Made by a program: the position numbers and the translations under genes. 64,000 nt of DNA from an uncultured Dehalococcoidia bacterium. Lineage in GTDB: Bacteria > Chloroflexota > Dehalococcoidia > Lucifugimonadales > UBA3495. Shown here piece after piece: positions 8,615 through 18,247 of the stretch. How positions within the stretch are numbered: position 1 is the first letter of the stretch; every line of letters starts with the position of its first letter. Location of the stretch: the NCBI GenBank assembly GCA_950072105.1, contig CATMOE010000002.1:1-64000 (forward strand), written 5' to 3'. The notes under the pieces were generated by a model. That model was not told the origin of the DNA and made no database searches. It was given only the letters and a program-made list of their open reading frames with translations.

Positions 8615-8962
8615 TTACCGGTACATTGGTTTGAAGAAGCTGTGAAGATAGTTTCTCGAGTGAGCCCAGGCGTGAGCCCGCTTTACAACGGCGAGGGGTA
8701 TCGCTTCCGCTTTATTGTGGGTGATGCGCATGGTCTCGTACTTGCTCAGCTCAGGGGGAGCGTCGGCAGTGAAAATAATCTCGCATTCTTGAGCTTCCAG
8801 GTACAACTTCAGCCCGTCGTAGCCCTTTCTCCGGACATTTGGCGTCTGGTAGATGAACAGCTCGGTGCAACCGAACAACTCGTCCACATGGTCGTTCCCG
8901 TTGCCGCGGCCGCCGCCCTGTCGGATCTGCCGCCGGTTGATGCCAAAGTTGCCCAAACTCAT
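8615..8962 (-). CDS. Hypothetical protein (115 aa)
   Basis: ORF with GAGG RBS, co-oriented between the lactonase and glpK; no motif recognised. Confidence 0.6.
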   Translation of the reverse strand: MSLGNFGINRRQIRQGGGRGNGNDHVDELFGCTELFIYQTPNVRRKGYDGLKLYLEAQECEIIFTADAPPELSKYETMRITHNKAEAIPLAVVKRAHAWAHSRNYLHSFFKPMYR

Positions 8963-9007
8963 GTCGTTTCCTCGCCGGTCCTATGCCGGACCTGCCGGCG
9001 GAAATTG

Positions 9008-9910
9008 CTACGGATAGATCGCCCAGCCAACACGGTCCGTTTCCGCCTTGAAGAAGTGTCCATCGGTGGAAGTCACGTATAGGGTGGACCGGTCGGGGCC
9101 GCCGAAGCAGCAGTTAGTAGGATTGCTGGCTGGGACTGGATGGGTTTCCAGCACCCGCCCCGATGGCGAAAATACGTAGATCATCGGCCCCGGACCGCCA
9201 TTAGGCCAGCCGGCGGTGGCTACGATGTTGCCATCGACATCAAAACACATCCCGTCGATACCCCGATGCACCGCGTTCTTGTCCTTGCCGAACGTATGCA
9301 GCACCGTATAAGGACCCAGACTTCCATCATCGTTGATGGGATAGGCTCGCAGCTCCCGGTCGAGGTCAATCCGGGCGCTGTTGCTCTCCGCTACGTAAAG
9401 GGTCTTCTGGTCCTGGGACACCAGGATGCCGTTGGGCATGGTGGTGTCGAAGGTCACCCTGGTAACAGTGTAGGAGCCGTCGGCTTGCGGGTCGGCCCGG
9501 AGCACCGAGCGGTTATCAAGTTCCTCTACCTCGCTGGGGTCGATGTTGGCGGCGTTCCATGGATTGGTGAACCAGATACGCCCCTTCAGGTCCGTCGCCA
9601 GGTCGTTGGGTGTGTTGAGCTTCTGGCCGTCAACCCGATCGGCGATGGTTGTCGTTGTACCGTCGGGCTCGAACCGGACGATGGAGCGGCCGCCGGAGCA
9701 GCAACCGTAAAGACGGCCCTGGGCGTCGTGGCACAATCCGTTGGTGTGGTTGGTGCCGTCCCGAGCCTGGGTGATGGCGCCGGAGCCGGGGTCGTACCGC
9801 ATGATCCGATGGTTAGATATGTGGGTGAAGTAAAGGGCCTCGCCATCCCACACCGGACCCTCGGTGATCCCACCGTAGGGCTTATTAAGCAACTCAAATC
9901 GCCACGCCAT
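9008..9910 (-). CDS. SMP-30/gluconolactonase/LRE family protein
   Basis: TEGPVWDG, LNTPNDL, MPNGILVS, IDGMCFDVDGN and PTNCCFGG motifs. Confidence 0.92.
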   Translation of the reverse strand: MAWRFELLNKPYGGITEGPVWDGEALYFTHISNHRIMRYDPGSGAITQARDGTNHTNGLCHDAQGRLYGCCSGGRSIVRFEPDGTTTTIADRVDGQKLNTPNDLATDLKGRIWFTNPWNAANIDPSEVEELDNRSVLRADPQADGSYTVTRVTFDTTMPNGILVSQDQKTLYVAESNSARIDLDRELRAYPINDDGSLGPYTVLHTFGKDKNAVHRGIDGMCFDVDGNIVATAGWPNGGPGPMIYVFSPSGRVLETHPVPASNPTNCCFGGPDRSTLYVTSTDGHFFKAETDRVGWAIYP

Positions 9911-10133
9911 GAAACGGCTCCTTCACTAACAACCCGCCGGACAATCCCCGGCTAAACTGCCGCCGATTGTAGCAGAAGGAGCGCTGGGGGGACAAACGGG
10001 GTACGACCCCCCCTTCCCCCGAATGTTATAATTCCCCTTGTCGCAAAAAGAAGCGCCAGGCTGGGCCGGCGCGGGGGGATGTTTGTGGGAGGGGGATGAT
10101 CCAGGCGCCCGCGACGATGGATAAGCATCGCCG

Positions 10134-10742
10134 ATGAACCGTGTTTTAAGAGAATTACTGGAAGCCGTTGTGCTGGCCTTGATCGTTTTTATGGTCATCC
10201 AGACCAGCATCCGGAACTTCAAGGTCGACGGCTCCAGCATGAACCCAACCCTGGAAGGCGGCCAGTACTTGATGGTCAACAAGCTGGTCTATTTCCAGTT
10301 GGACATGGTCCGTCTGTCCCGCATCGTCCCCTTCTGGAAGGTGGACCGGCCCGACCGCCGGTTCGCAGTTCATCCTCCCCAGCGGGGGGAGGTCATCGTA
10401 TTCCACTTCCCCAGGGACACCAGCAAGGACTTTGTGAAGCGGGTGATCGGGCTGCCGGGAGACACCATCGAGATACGAGATGGCAAAGTCTTCGTAAACA
10501 ACAGCTATCAAGAAGAGCCCTACATCACCCGCAAGGGTAATTCCAGCATGCAACCCACGCGCCTGAGAGCCAAAGAGTACTTCGTGATGGGGGATAACCG
10601 GCGCAGCAGCAACGATTCGCGCTCCTGGGGGCCGGTGCCCGAGGGCTTGGTCTTGGGGAAGGTGTGGTTCGTCTATTGGCCTTTTTCCAGCGTACAGATG
10701 TTAAACAACTTCTCGTGGGCGCCCCAACAGATATTCCGCTGA
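10134..10742 (+). CDS. lepB: Signal peptidase I
   Basis: TM helix, GSSMNPTL, FVKRVIGLPGD and GDNRRSSNDSRSWG motifs. Confidence 0.95.
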   Translation: MNRVLRELLEAVVLALIVFMVIQTSIRNFKVDGSSMNPTLEGGQYLMVNKLVYFQLDMVRLSRIVPFWKVDRPDRRFAVHPPQRGEVIVFHFPRDTSKDFVKRVIGLPGDTIEIRDGKVFVNNSYQEEPYITRKGNSSMQPTRLRAKEYFVMGDNRRSSNDSRSWGPVPEGLVLGKVWFVYWPFSSVQMLNNFSWAPQQIFR

Positions 10743-10872
10743 CCGCCGAATTCCAGGCCAGTGATTATCCACAGGTTCCGGTTGTTCGATTTCTACCATC
10801 TGATAGGCCAATGTACTTGGCCGTTGGAAGCGATACGGGTTCCCAGGCCGCCTGAATGCCGGCCAAAGGCCG

Positions 10873-11196
10873 TTAGCTGCCAGGCGGTCCTACCAGAATG
10901 TCCTGGCCTTCGATCTGCACCGGGTACACCTTAAGATTATCTTCCGCCGGAGGGGTCAAACACTCTCCGGTGGTTACATTGAAGTTCGCACCGTGCAGCG
11001 GACACTCTATCTCAGCACCGTTCAAGTCTCCCTCGGAAAGGGCGGCGTAGGCATGAGAACAGATCTCGTCGCACGCGTAGATAGTCCCATCCACGTTCGC
11101 CAGCAGGACCTGCTCCCCTCCCACTTCAACCGCCATCATGTCTCCCGGAGACAGATCGCCTAGATCAGCTACTTTCTCGAAACCCGCGTCGGCCAT
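10873..11196 (-). CDS. Rieske [2Fe-2S] ferredoxin (dioxygenase ferredoxin-type)
   Basis: CSH...CPLHG Rieske motif; GGAGG RBS. Confidence 0.92.
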   Translation of the reverse strand: MADAGFEKVADLGDLSPGDMMAVEVGGEQVLLANVDGTIYACDEICSHAYAALSEGDLNGAEIECPLHGANFNVTTGECLTPPAEDNLKVYPVQIEGQDILVGPPGS

Positions 11197-11401
11197 GAAT
11201 CCTCCTCTATTTTGCGCAATCAGGAACCCATCCAGGTCCCGGGACGGCGGGGCAAACGTTGAACCGGCCGCACGCCGGCTTCGTCCCCGCCATTTATTAC
11301 GTCATGGGGTGTTTAAAACCACGCTATATTATAGGGCACCCAGTCACACGATTAAAAGTCGGGACATCGTGACGACCGAGGTTCTTTTCTTCGCCTTTTA
11401 G

Positions 11402-11431
11402 TAGACATCTAAAAGGCGTATTAGCTATAAT
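11402..11431 (+). promoter_or_regulatory. Sigma70-like promoter upstream of tRNA-Ser
   Basis: TAGACA-N18-TATAAT. Confidence 0.55.
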
Positions 11432-11536
11432 GGTTCTAGGCAACGCAGCGGGCTCCTCGTTTCGCTACCGGCCTAGAGCAGGCCACTTCCAAAGTAATGC
11501 GCGAACGTTCTTCCCCTGTTTAACGCCGTCTCTCGC

Positions 11537-11627
11537 GGAGAGGTGCCGGAGCGGCCGAACGGGCGCGACTGGAAATCGCGTAGGGGCCTCAAGCTTCTCG
11601 CGGGTTCGAATCCCGCCCTCTCCGCCA
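11537..11627 (+). tRNA. tRNA-Ser (GGA)
   Basis: GGAGAGG/CCTCTCC acceptor stem with GCCA end, anticodon arm CGCGA-CTGGAAA-TCGCG, long variable arm, GGTTCGAATCC. Confidence 0.96.
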
Positions 11628-11648
11628 TCCCATCACAAATTGCAACCA

Positions 11649-12647
11649 TCAGATCCCTTTGGCCGCATAAACCTCGGGGTTGGCGCAGGCCTCCAGTCTT
11701 TTCCCTTGGATTCCCGCTACCACGTTTCTTGCCGCCAACAAACACGTCCTTCGTCGAGAATCGATGGAGGCGCTGCCGATGTGGGGCGTGATTACCAGAT
11801 TGTCCAGCGAGAGCAGAGGGTCGTCGGGTAGTATCGGCTCCGGATCGGTGACATCCAGGGCAGCGCCGCTGATCCACCCTTCCTTTAGCGCCGTGTAGAG
11901 AGCCTGGGAATCGACCACCGCCCCTCGAGCCGCGTTGATCAAGATGGCTGTCGGCTTCATCAGTTGCAATTCCCGCTCGCCGATAAAATGCCTTGTCTCC
12001 AGCGTAAGTGGTATGTGCAGAGTCACGAAATCAGCGGTGCTCAAAAGGTCCGAGGGCTCGAAATACTCCATGCCCAACTCCGACTCCAGTTCCGGTTTGC
12101 GAGTTCGAGAGTAGTAGATGACACGCATATCGAATCCGCGGGCCCGCTTGGCCATCTCCACCCCGATCTGGCCCATACCGACGATGCCCAGCGTTGCGCC
12201 GTGGACTTCGGCTCCCAGCCACACCATGGGATGGTATTGCATCTTCCAATTGCCTGCCCTCAGCCAACGGTCGCCCTCGCTGATACGGCGAGCCGCGGAC
12301 ATCAGCAGCCCGAACGCGATGTCCGCCGTTGCTTTGGCCAATACCCCTGGGGTGTTGCCAACCAACACGCCCCGTCGGGTGGCCTCGGCCACATCGATGT
12401 TGTCCACCCCAACACCGAGTTGACTAACCACCTTTAGCCGATGGGCCGCTTGAAACACATCGGCATCTATGCGGTCCATGATGTTGGTTAAGATCCCGTC
12501 GGCCTCGACGACTTTTCCCAGAAGCTGTTCTGTCGTGGGCGGCTCATCGTCGGGCCACACCTCCGTGTCAGCCGCGTCGGTTAGGACCTCAAGGGCTTCC
12601 GGGAAAAATCGGCGGGTAACGAACACCCGTGGCCTGAGAATAACCAC
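11649..12647 (-). CDS. D-2-hydroxyacid dehydrogenase (glyoxylate/hydroxypyruvate reductase-like)
   Basis: GIVGMGQIG, INAARG, ALDVTDPEP and TPHIGSAS motifs. Confidence 0.92.
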   Translation of the reverse strand: MVILRPRVFVTRRFFPEALEVLTDAADTEVWPDDEPPTTEQLLGKVVEADGILTNIMDRIDADVFQAAHRLKVVSQLGVGVDNIDVAEATRRGVLVGNTPGVLAKATADIAFGLLMSAARRISEGDRWLRAGNWKMQYHPMVWLGAEVHGATLGIVGMGQIGVEMAKRARGFDMRVIYYSRTRKPELESELGMEYFEPSDLLSTADFVTLHIPLTLETRHFIGERELQLMKPTAILINAARGAVVDSQALYTALKEGWISGAALDVTDPEPILPDDPLLSLDNLVITPHIGSASIDSRRRTCLLAARNVVAGIQGKRLEACANPEVYAAKGI

Positions 12648-12796
12648 CCTATTGCTCCTTGGAGTGAGTTGCGGGACTGAGTTCCGGAAGTGAGTTGGGC
12701 AATTGTAACCAAACGGCCTGGATATTTCCAGGGTTAAGCCGGATGCTATACTTGGGCGCTAGACACGAAAAACCAACCGCGAATCAGGAGGAAAGG

Positions 12797-13756
12797 ATGG
12801 CCCTGTTCCTAAACGAGAGAGAGGTTGCCGATCTATTGCCCATGGACGAATGCATCGACGTGTTGGATGAAGCATTCTCCCATGCCGGAAAAGGCCAGAC
12901 CGAGCTAAAACCCAGGTCCAGAATGCGGATGCCTGGCGGATTTTTCCACTTTATGGCGGCCGCCGACGCGGGACACAACGTGTTCGGCTACAAAGCCTAT
13001 CCATCCTTCAGCGGCCCCGGCGGCGCCAAGATGCTCGTAATGCTCTATGACTACGAGTCGGGGGCGCTCTTGGCATGCATGGAAGCGGGGAGGATGGGAC
13101 AGATCCGCACCGGGGCGGCTTCCGGCCTGGCCACCCGTTACATGGCCAAGCAGGGAGCATCCACGGTGGCGGTGATCGGCACCGGCGGCCAAGCCAGGAC
13201 TCAACTGGCGGCAGTTGCCGAGGTGCGAGACATCAGCCGGGTTCAAGTCTTCAGCCGCCGGGAAGACCGCCGGGAAGAATTCGCGCGGCAAAGCAGCGAA
13301 AGGTTGAACGTGGAAGTTGTCCCGGCCGAAAGCGCTCAGGCCTGCGTAGAGGGCGCGGATATCGTGGTGGTCATCACCAGCTCTCGAGACCCGGTGCTGG
13401 AGGCCGATTGGCTGGCCCCCGGCGTCCATATAAACGCCGCCGGGGGCAATCACTGGATGAGGCGGGAGATCGACGAAGGGACGGTCACCCGAGCCGATTT
13501 GATCGTGGTGGACGACTTGGAGCAAGCGAAGATCGAATGCGGGGACCTGATGTGGCCTGAAGCCAGGGGTTCCTTCCGTTGGGACATGGTCCACGAGCTA
13601 CGGGACGTTGTATCCGGCAGGGTGCCGGGCCGCCCCTCCGACCAGTCCTTGACCCTGTTCGAGTCCATGGGAATCGCCCTGGAAGACATCGCGGCCGCTC
13701 AACTGGTCTACCGAAAAGCCAAGGAACAGGGCCTGGGCCAGGAACTGCCGTTCTGA
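12797..13756 (+). CDS. Ornithine cyclodeaminase/mu-crystallin family protein
   Basis: RTGAASGLATRYMA, VIGTGGQA and TLFESMGIALEDIAAA motifs; AGGAGG RBS before 12797. Confidence 0.9.
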   Translation: MALFLNEREVADLLPMDECIDVLDEAFSHAGKGQTELKPRSRMRMPGGFFHFMAAADAGHNVFGYKAYPSFSGPGGAKMLVMLYDYESGALLACMEAGRMGQIRTGAASGLATRYMAKQGASTVAVIGTGGQARTQLAAVAEVRDISRVQVFSRREDRREEFARQSSERLNVEVVPAESAQACVEGADIVVVITSSRDPVLEADWLAPGVHINAAGGNHWMRREIDEGTVTRADLIVVDDLEQAKIECGDLMWPEARGSFRWDMVHELRDVVSGRVPGRPSDQSLTLFESMGIALEDIAAAQLVYRKAKEQGLGQELPF

Positions 13757-13842
13757 GAACGGCCCCACCGAGTACGTCCTGTGTAAGCGCGATTCCAGAT
13801 CTCGGCCTAAGTCTCTGGCTTGAGAAGTCTCTTTCCAAAAAC

Positions 13843-13883
13843 TAACCCCTTACTCTGTTCGGGTTGAACGGAATAAGGGGTTA
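13843..13883. terminator. Hairpin between convergent genes
   Basis: TAACCCCTTA-CTCTGTTC...GAACGGAA-TAAGGGGTTA. Confidence 0.6.
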
Positions 13884-13948
13884 TTGTGGCACCGATTATC
13901 ACTCTTGCGGGACGAACTCGCGTCCCGCAATTTGCAGGATCGAGGGAC

Positions 13949-14233
13949 TTAGACGAGGATCCGGTCCCAGCGACTTACAGGCAGAACCTCCGCGATTTCC
14001 CGGCGATTGCGTTCCCGCTGGGTCATAGCAGGTCCAGACAGGGAATCGTAGAAAGCCACGGCGCTTCTGAGCATTTTTACCAGTAAATTTTCCTCTTTGG
14101 TGGGGACGAAACTGCCAATCATTTCCTTGGCGATAAGCAGGTCCGCGACCACTGCGGGGGACATGACACCGGATTCGAGGTCGACGACGGGAGCTTCGGT
14201 ATTCCGACGGTTGGGGGTTGTTAGTGTAACCAT
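13949..14233 (-). CDS. Hypothetical protein (94 aa)
   Basis: GGAGG RBS before ATG at 14233; no motif recognised. Confidence 0.55.
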   Translation of the reverse strand: MVTLTTPNRRNTEAPVVDLESGVMSPAVVADLLIAKEMIGSFVPTKEENLLVKMLRSAVAFYDSLSGPAMTQRERNRREIAEVLPVSRWDRILV

Positions 14234-14548
14234 TTTTCCTCCATATAGGTGGTTAGAATTTATGGTTGACTCGTTGGGAATACCGTCGGGGGCTTGATAT
14301 GGTCCAGGGCGATACTGAGAGCGTGTCACCATTTGAATTTATGATACTCTCTTATGATTATCATGTCTACAGATAATATACGATATACAATATCGGTAAT
14401 ATTGATGAGGTATTCGGCGAGAGAGTCCCGGGCTTTCAATGGCGATCTGGTGGGGCGAAATACGGCTAGCGTGGGAGGGTTGTTATACCCTGTGATTCTT
14501 TAGAGCGGAGGGACCAAAACTCTGAGGTGGGGTTGGCCCCTCACGTGA

Positions 14549-14637
14549 GGTTCCCCGCCGCCCTTCAGCGGAAGGGCTGGTGCCGGAATGACAAGGGTGC
14601 GGCCGAAGGGTGGCAATTCTATTTTCGGAGCAATGAC
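14549..14637. repeat. Dispersed intergenic repeat (about 90 bp), copy A
   Basis: Aligns in the same orientation with 24841-24930 (CGCCCTTC..C.GAAGGGCTGGTG.CGGAATGAC...GGCCGAAGG.TGGC.ATTC..TTTTCGGAG). Confidence 0.75.
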
Positions 14638-14702
14638 AACAGGCGCTTCTTTCTCGACAGAGTGCTCGCTCCGCCGAGCGGATCTTGTTCAGATGCGTCT
14701 GT

Positions 14703-16091
14703 TTAGAGGCCCAGCTTGCCAGGGTTCATGATATTGGCCGGGTCCAGGGTCTGTTTCAGATCTCGGATAACATCATGGCTGACGCCCAACTCCCGGGCCA
14801 AAAGGTGGTTCAGCTTAACCCCAACACCGTGGCAATACTCCATGATTCCACCCATATCTTGGGCCAGAGTTAGCACCTGCTCAACTACCTCCGCCAGATT
14901 GGCTCGGAATCTAACTTCACTGCCGGCATCGGGCCGTAACATCATCGAGAAAAGCTCGGGGCGGCTCCACAAGGAGTATTCCGCGACCTTGACTCCGGTG
15001 CCCGCCATTATCAGGTCGCAGCGCTTCCGGTAGTCCAGGACCTTTGATACCGGCAACGCCATGTGCAGGTAATCAAAGTTCCTACCTCCCCAGCGGTTCC
15101 ATCGGACCTTGCGCGGCCGGCCCAATGCCTCGGCCTTATATCGCACCGCTGATTGCCGCCGGTCTCGCCAATATTCCATGGTAGGGCCTGGGCCGATGTC
15201 CTGCCCCCCAGTTTGAACACATATCTGCTTGGCTCGTTGCTCGTCGGCGGCCACCCCCTCACGGTACCCTTCAAATAGTAGGTGCAAACGGATACCGGCT
15301 TCGTCTTCGGTCAGGTCCAGCAGGCTAGGACGTATCCCCAACGCGGTCAACTCAACGGCCGCGTCAAACCCCTGGTCGAAAGTATCGAAGGACGCGGTGG
15401 TGAAAACCTGGATTTCAGGCAACCGGAAGACCCGGATCGTCGCCTTGGTAATGATGCCGAATACTCCCTCACTGCCGATAAACAGGTGGTTCAGATTCGG
15501 CCCGGAGGAGTATTTGGGCACGGCTTTGGTAGCCACGATTCGGCCGTCGGGCAGCACCACTTCCAAGGCCACCACTTGGTTTCCCATGGGGCCGTAGGCC
15601 GCCGCCCGGTAACCCACGCCATTGGTTGAGATGGCCCCAGCAACGGTCGCTATGGGCACGCTATAAGGGTCATGGCCTGGCATCAGGCCTTGTTCGGCCA
15701 GATCATCTTCCAGGTCCCCAAGCACCACGCCGCCTTCAACAGTTGCGGTCAGGTTCCGGGCATTGATCTCCAATATCCGATTCATTCTAGACAGATCGAC
15801 TATCACGCCGCCACGAACGGGCACGGTGCCGCCCATTACCCCAGTGCCGCCGCCGTATGGGATCAAGGTGATCCCCTGATCAGCCGCCAGAGACACGATG
15901 CCGGCTACCTGTTCCGTGGATTCCGGACGCACCACGGCGTCGGCCAACCGGTCGAAGGCGTCCTCGGCGCCATATGCCCGAAACGGATTGAGGGCATCGG
16001 CTGAGTACCGGTCCAAATCATATTCGCCGGTCAGCACGTTCTCACTGCCAACGATCTGCGTTAGGGGATGGATTGTGGCGCTGTCCAGCAT
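14703..16091 (-). CDS. FAD-binding oxidoreductase (GlcD/alkyl-DHAP synthase/VAO family)
   Basis: PYGGGTG, FIGSEGVFGII, HGVG and LDPANIMNPGKL motifs. Confidence 0.9.
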   Translation of the reverse strand: MLDSATIHPLTQIVGSENVLTGEYDLDRYSADALNPFRAYGAEDAFDRLADAVVRPESTEQVAGIVSLAADQGITLIPYGGGTGVMGGTVPVRGGVIVDLSRMNRILEINARNLTATVEGGVVLGDLEDDLAEQGLMPGHDPYSVPIATVAGAISTNGVGYRAAAYGPMGNQVVALEVVLPDGRIVATKAVPKYSSGPNLNHLFIGSEGVFGIITKATIRVFRLPEIQVFTTASFDTFDQGFDAAVELTALGIRPSLLDLTEDEAGIRLHLLFEGYREGVAADEQRAKQICVQTGGQDIGPGPTMEYWRDRRQSAVRYKAEALGRPRKVRWNRWGGRNFDYLHMALPVSKVLDYRKRCDLIMAGTGVKVAEYSLWSRPELFSMMLRPDAGSEVRFRANLAEVVEQVLTLAQDMGGIMEYCHGVGVKLNHLLARELGVSHDVIRDLKQTLDPANIMNPGKLGL

Positions 16092-16251
16092 GCTTCTCCC
16101 AATCTCAACCAAACGTGACGGAAGTATGGGACGTATGGGGGCTGATCAAGTTATTGACGAGGGGGACAACGGTAGCAGTTCAAGGCCGCTTTTCCGTTTC
16201 CCAAAGTCAGATGCGCCGGGCGGCGAACCAGGCATCGGTTCCCTGGAAAGT

Positions 16252-17634
16252 TCATGCCCCGGGATGATACTGCCACTGGGTGCCTTGAGCGGTGTCCTCC
16301 AGTATCACATCCTGCTGGTCTAAGCCTTCTCGTATCTGGTCCGCCATCTCGTATTGCTTGGCATTGCGCAGTTCGGTACGGATGGCTAGCAACAACTCGA
16401 TGAAGGGCTTGGCCGCCAACTGTTCTTGCCCACCGGAGGCCGGTTCTTGGAATGTCAGTCCCAGGATCCCGCCCAATCGGCGCAGGCTGTATTGGGCAGC
16501 ACGTACGTCCTTACCCTCGTCTCCGGTTCGGTTCAAGTCTCTTGCCAGGTCGAACAGAACGGCCAGAGCCCTGGGGGTATTCAGATCGTCGTCCATGGCC
16601 GCCAGGAACCGTTCCTGATAAGGGCCGGTATCCAGCGGGTCACCCTTTTTGCCCCCGGTCTCCCGTGCCAGGGCATGGCGAAGCCGGCCGGCGCTACGCT
16701 CCATCGCGGCACAGCCCTCGTCGCTGTAACTCAGGGGGCTGCGGTAGTGGGAGCTGAGGAAGTACAACCGCAAGGAGTCAGCGCTATACTTCTCCAGCGC
16801 TTGGTCCACTGAAACCAGGTTGCCCAGCGACTTGCTCATCTTATCTTCGCCAAGTTGGAGCAGGCCGTTGTGCACCCAGTATCGAGAGAAGGGCGTGGTA
16901 TCGGTGGAAGCTTCGCTCTGGGCGATCTCGTTCTCGTGATGCGGGAAGATCAGGTCTTGACCGCCGCCATGGATGTCTAGGGTCTCACCCAAGTAGGTCA
17001 TCGCCATGCTGGTACATTCTATGTGCCAGCCAGGGCGGCCGGGCCCCCAGGGGCTTTCCCAGGACGGCTCTCCGGGCTTTGCGCCCTTCCAGAGGACAAA
17101 ATCCATGGGATGCTCTTTATTCTCGTCCACCTCGACCCTGGCGCCGGCCTGCATCCCGTCCAAGGTGCGATGGCTCAGCTTTCCGTAGTCATTGCTCTTT
17201 GTGACTCTGAAGAAGACGTCGCCGCCGGCCGGATAGGCGTAGTCCTTGTCCACCAAGGTCTGGATCGTCTCGATGATTGGAGACATCTCTTTGGTCGCCA
17301 TGGGATAGACGTGGGCCCGCTGGACGTTGAGGGCGTCCATGCAACGGAAAAAGTCGTCGACGTACCGGTCCACCAGCTCCTGGGGCGTTATGCCTTCTTC
17401 CTGAGCCTTCTGGATGATCTTGTCGTCCACGTCGGTGAAGTTCTGAACGTGGCGCACCGTATAACCCAGATGCTCCAGGTATCGCCTGAGGACGTCGAAG
17501 GCTACATAGCTAAGGGCGTGGCCCACGTGGGTGGACGAATAGGGCGTGACGCCGCAGATGTACATCTTGACGCTCTGTCCATCGGAAGGAACAAACTCTT
17601 CAACTTCCCCGGTCAGAGTGTTATATAACTTCAT
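16252..17634 (-). CDS. cysS: Cysteinyl-tRNA synthetase
   Basis: HVGH, GRPGWHIEC, DIHGGGQDLIFPHHENE and KMSKS motifs. Confidence 0.97.
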   Translation of the reverse strand: MKLYNTLTGEVEEFVPSDGQSVKMYICGVTPYSSTHVGHALSYVAFDVLRRYLEHLGYTVRHVQNFTDVDDKIIQKAQEEGITPQELVDRYVDDFFRCMDALNVQRAHVYPMATKEMSPIIETIQTLVDKDYAYPAGGDVFFRVTKSNDYGKLSHRTLDGMQAGARVEVDENKEHPMDFVLWKGAKPGEPSWESPWGPGRPGWHIECTSMAMTYLGETLDIHGGGQDLIFPHHENEIAQSEASTDTTPFSRYWVHNGLLQLGEDKMSKSLGNLVSVDQALEKYSADSLRLYFLSSHYRSPLSYSDEGCAAMERSAGRLRHALARETGGKKGDPLDTGPYQERFLAAMDDDLNTPRALAVLFDLARDLNRTGDEGKDVRAAQYSLRRLGGILGLTFQEPASGGQEQLAAKPFIELLLAIRTELRNAKQYEMADQIREGLDQQDVILEDTAQGTQWQYHPGA

Positions 17635-18113
17635 GCCTCATTTACCAGTGACGCCACGGCGCAGGCTGCGATACCTTCTTCCCGGCCGACAAAGCCGAGA
17701 TAATCGGTGGTGGTGACTTTGATTCCGATCCTTGCCGCCGGTATCGACAAGGCATTACCGGCCTGTTCTCTCATAGTTTCAACAAAGGGCGCTAGCCTCG
17801 GATTTTGCGCCAATATTGTAGCATCCACGTTGGAGATGCGCCAACCGGCTGCCTTCACCAGATCACCCGCGGTGGACAGCAGAATCAAGCTAGAGATGTC
17901 CTTGTATTGAGGGTCGCTGGAAGGGAAATGCACCCCCTTGTCTCCCAACGCCGCAGCCCCCAGCAAAGCGTCCATGATGGCGTGAACCAAAACGTCGCCG
18001 TCGCTGTGGCCGGACAACCCGGAGTGGTGAGGAACGGACACGCCTCCCAACACCAAGCCGCGGCCCGCTACCAACGGGTGGCTATCAAATCCTATGCCGA
18101 CGCGAAAGTCCAT
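17631..18113 (-). CDS. ispF: 2-C-methyl-D-erythritol 2,4-cyclodiphosphate synthase
   Basis: RVGIGFDSH and GHSDGDVLVHAIMDALLGAA motifs. Confidence 0.96.
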   Translation of the reverse strand: MDFRVGIGFDSHPLVAGRGLVLGGVSVPHHSGLSGHSDGDVLVHAIMDALLGAAALGDKGVHFPSSDPQYKDISSLILLSTAGDLVKAAGWRISNVDATILAQNPRLAPFVETMREQAGNALSIPAARIGIKVTTTDYLGFVGREEGIAACAVASLVNEA

Positions 18114-18157
18114 TTTATTTCCGTGACGTTATTATTCAGTCTATTTGTCTTGGACCG

Positions 18158-18188
18158 ATGACATTCCACGCTACGTTCGGAATGTCAT
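18158..18188. repeat. REP-like palindrome between ispD and ispF
   Basis: ATGACATTCC-ACGCTACGTTC-GGAATGTCAT; shares the ATTCC...GGAATG core with other repeats in the window. Confidence 0.55.
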
Positions 18189-18247
18189 GCGGGTTCAGGC
18201 AGGACATCTTTCATTTCGGCGTTGGCCAAGAGTCCGGTCCAACAACG

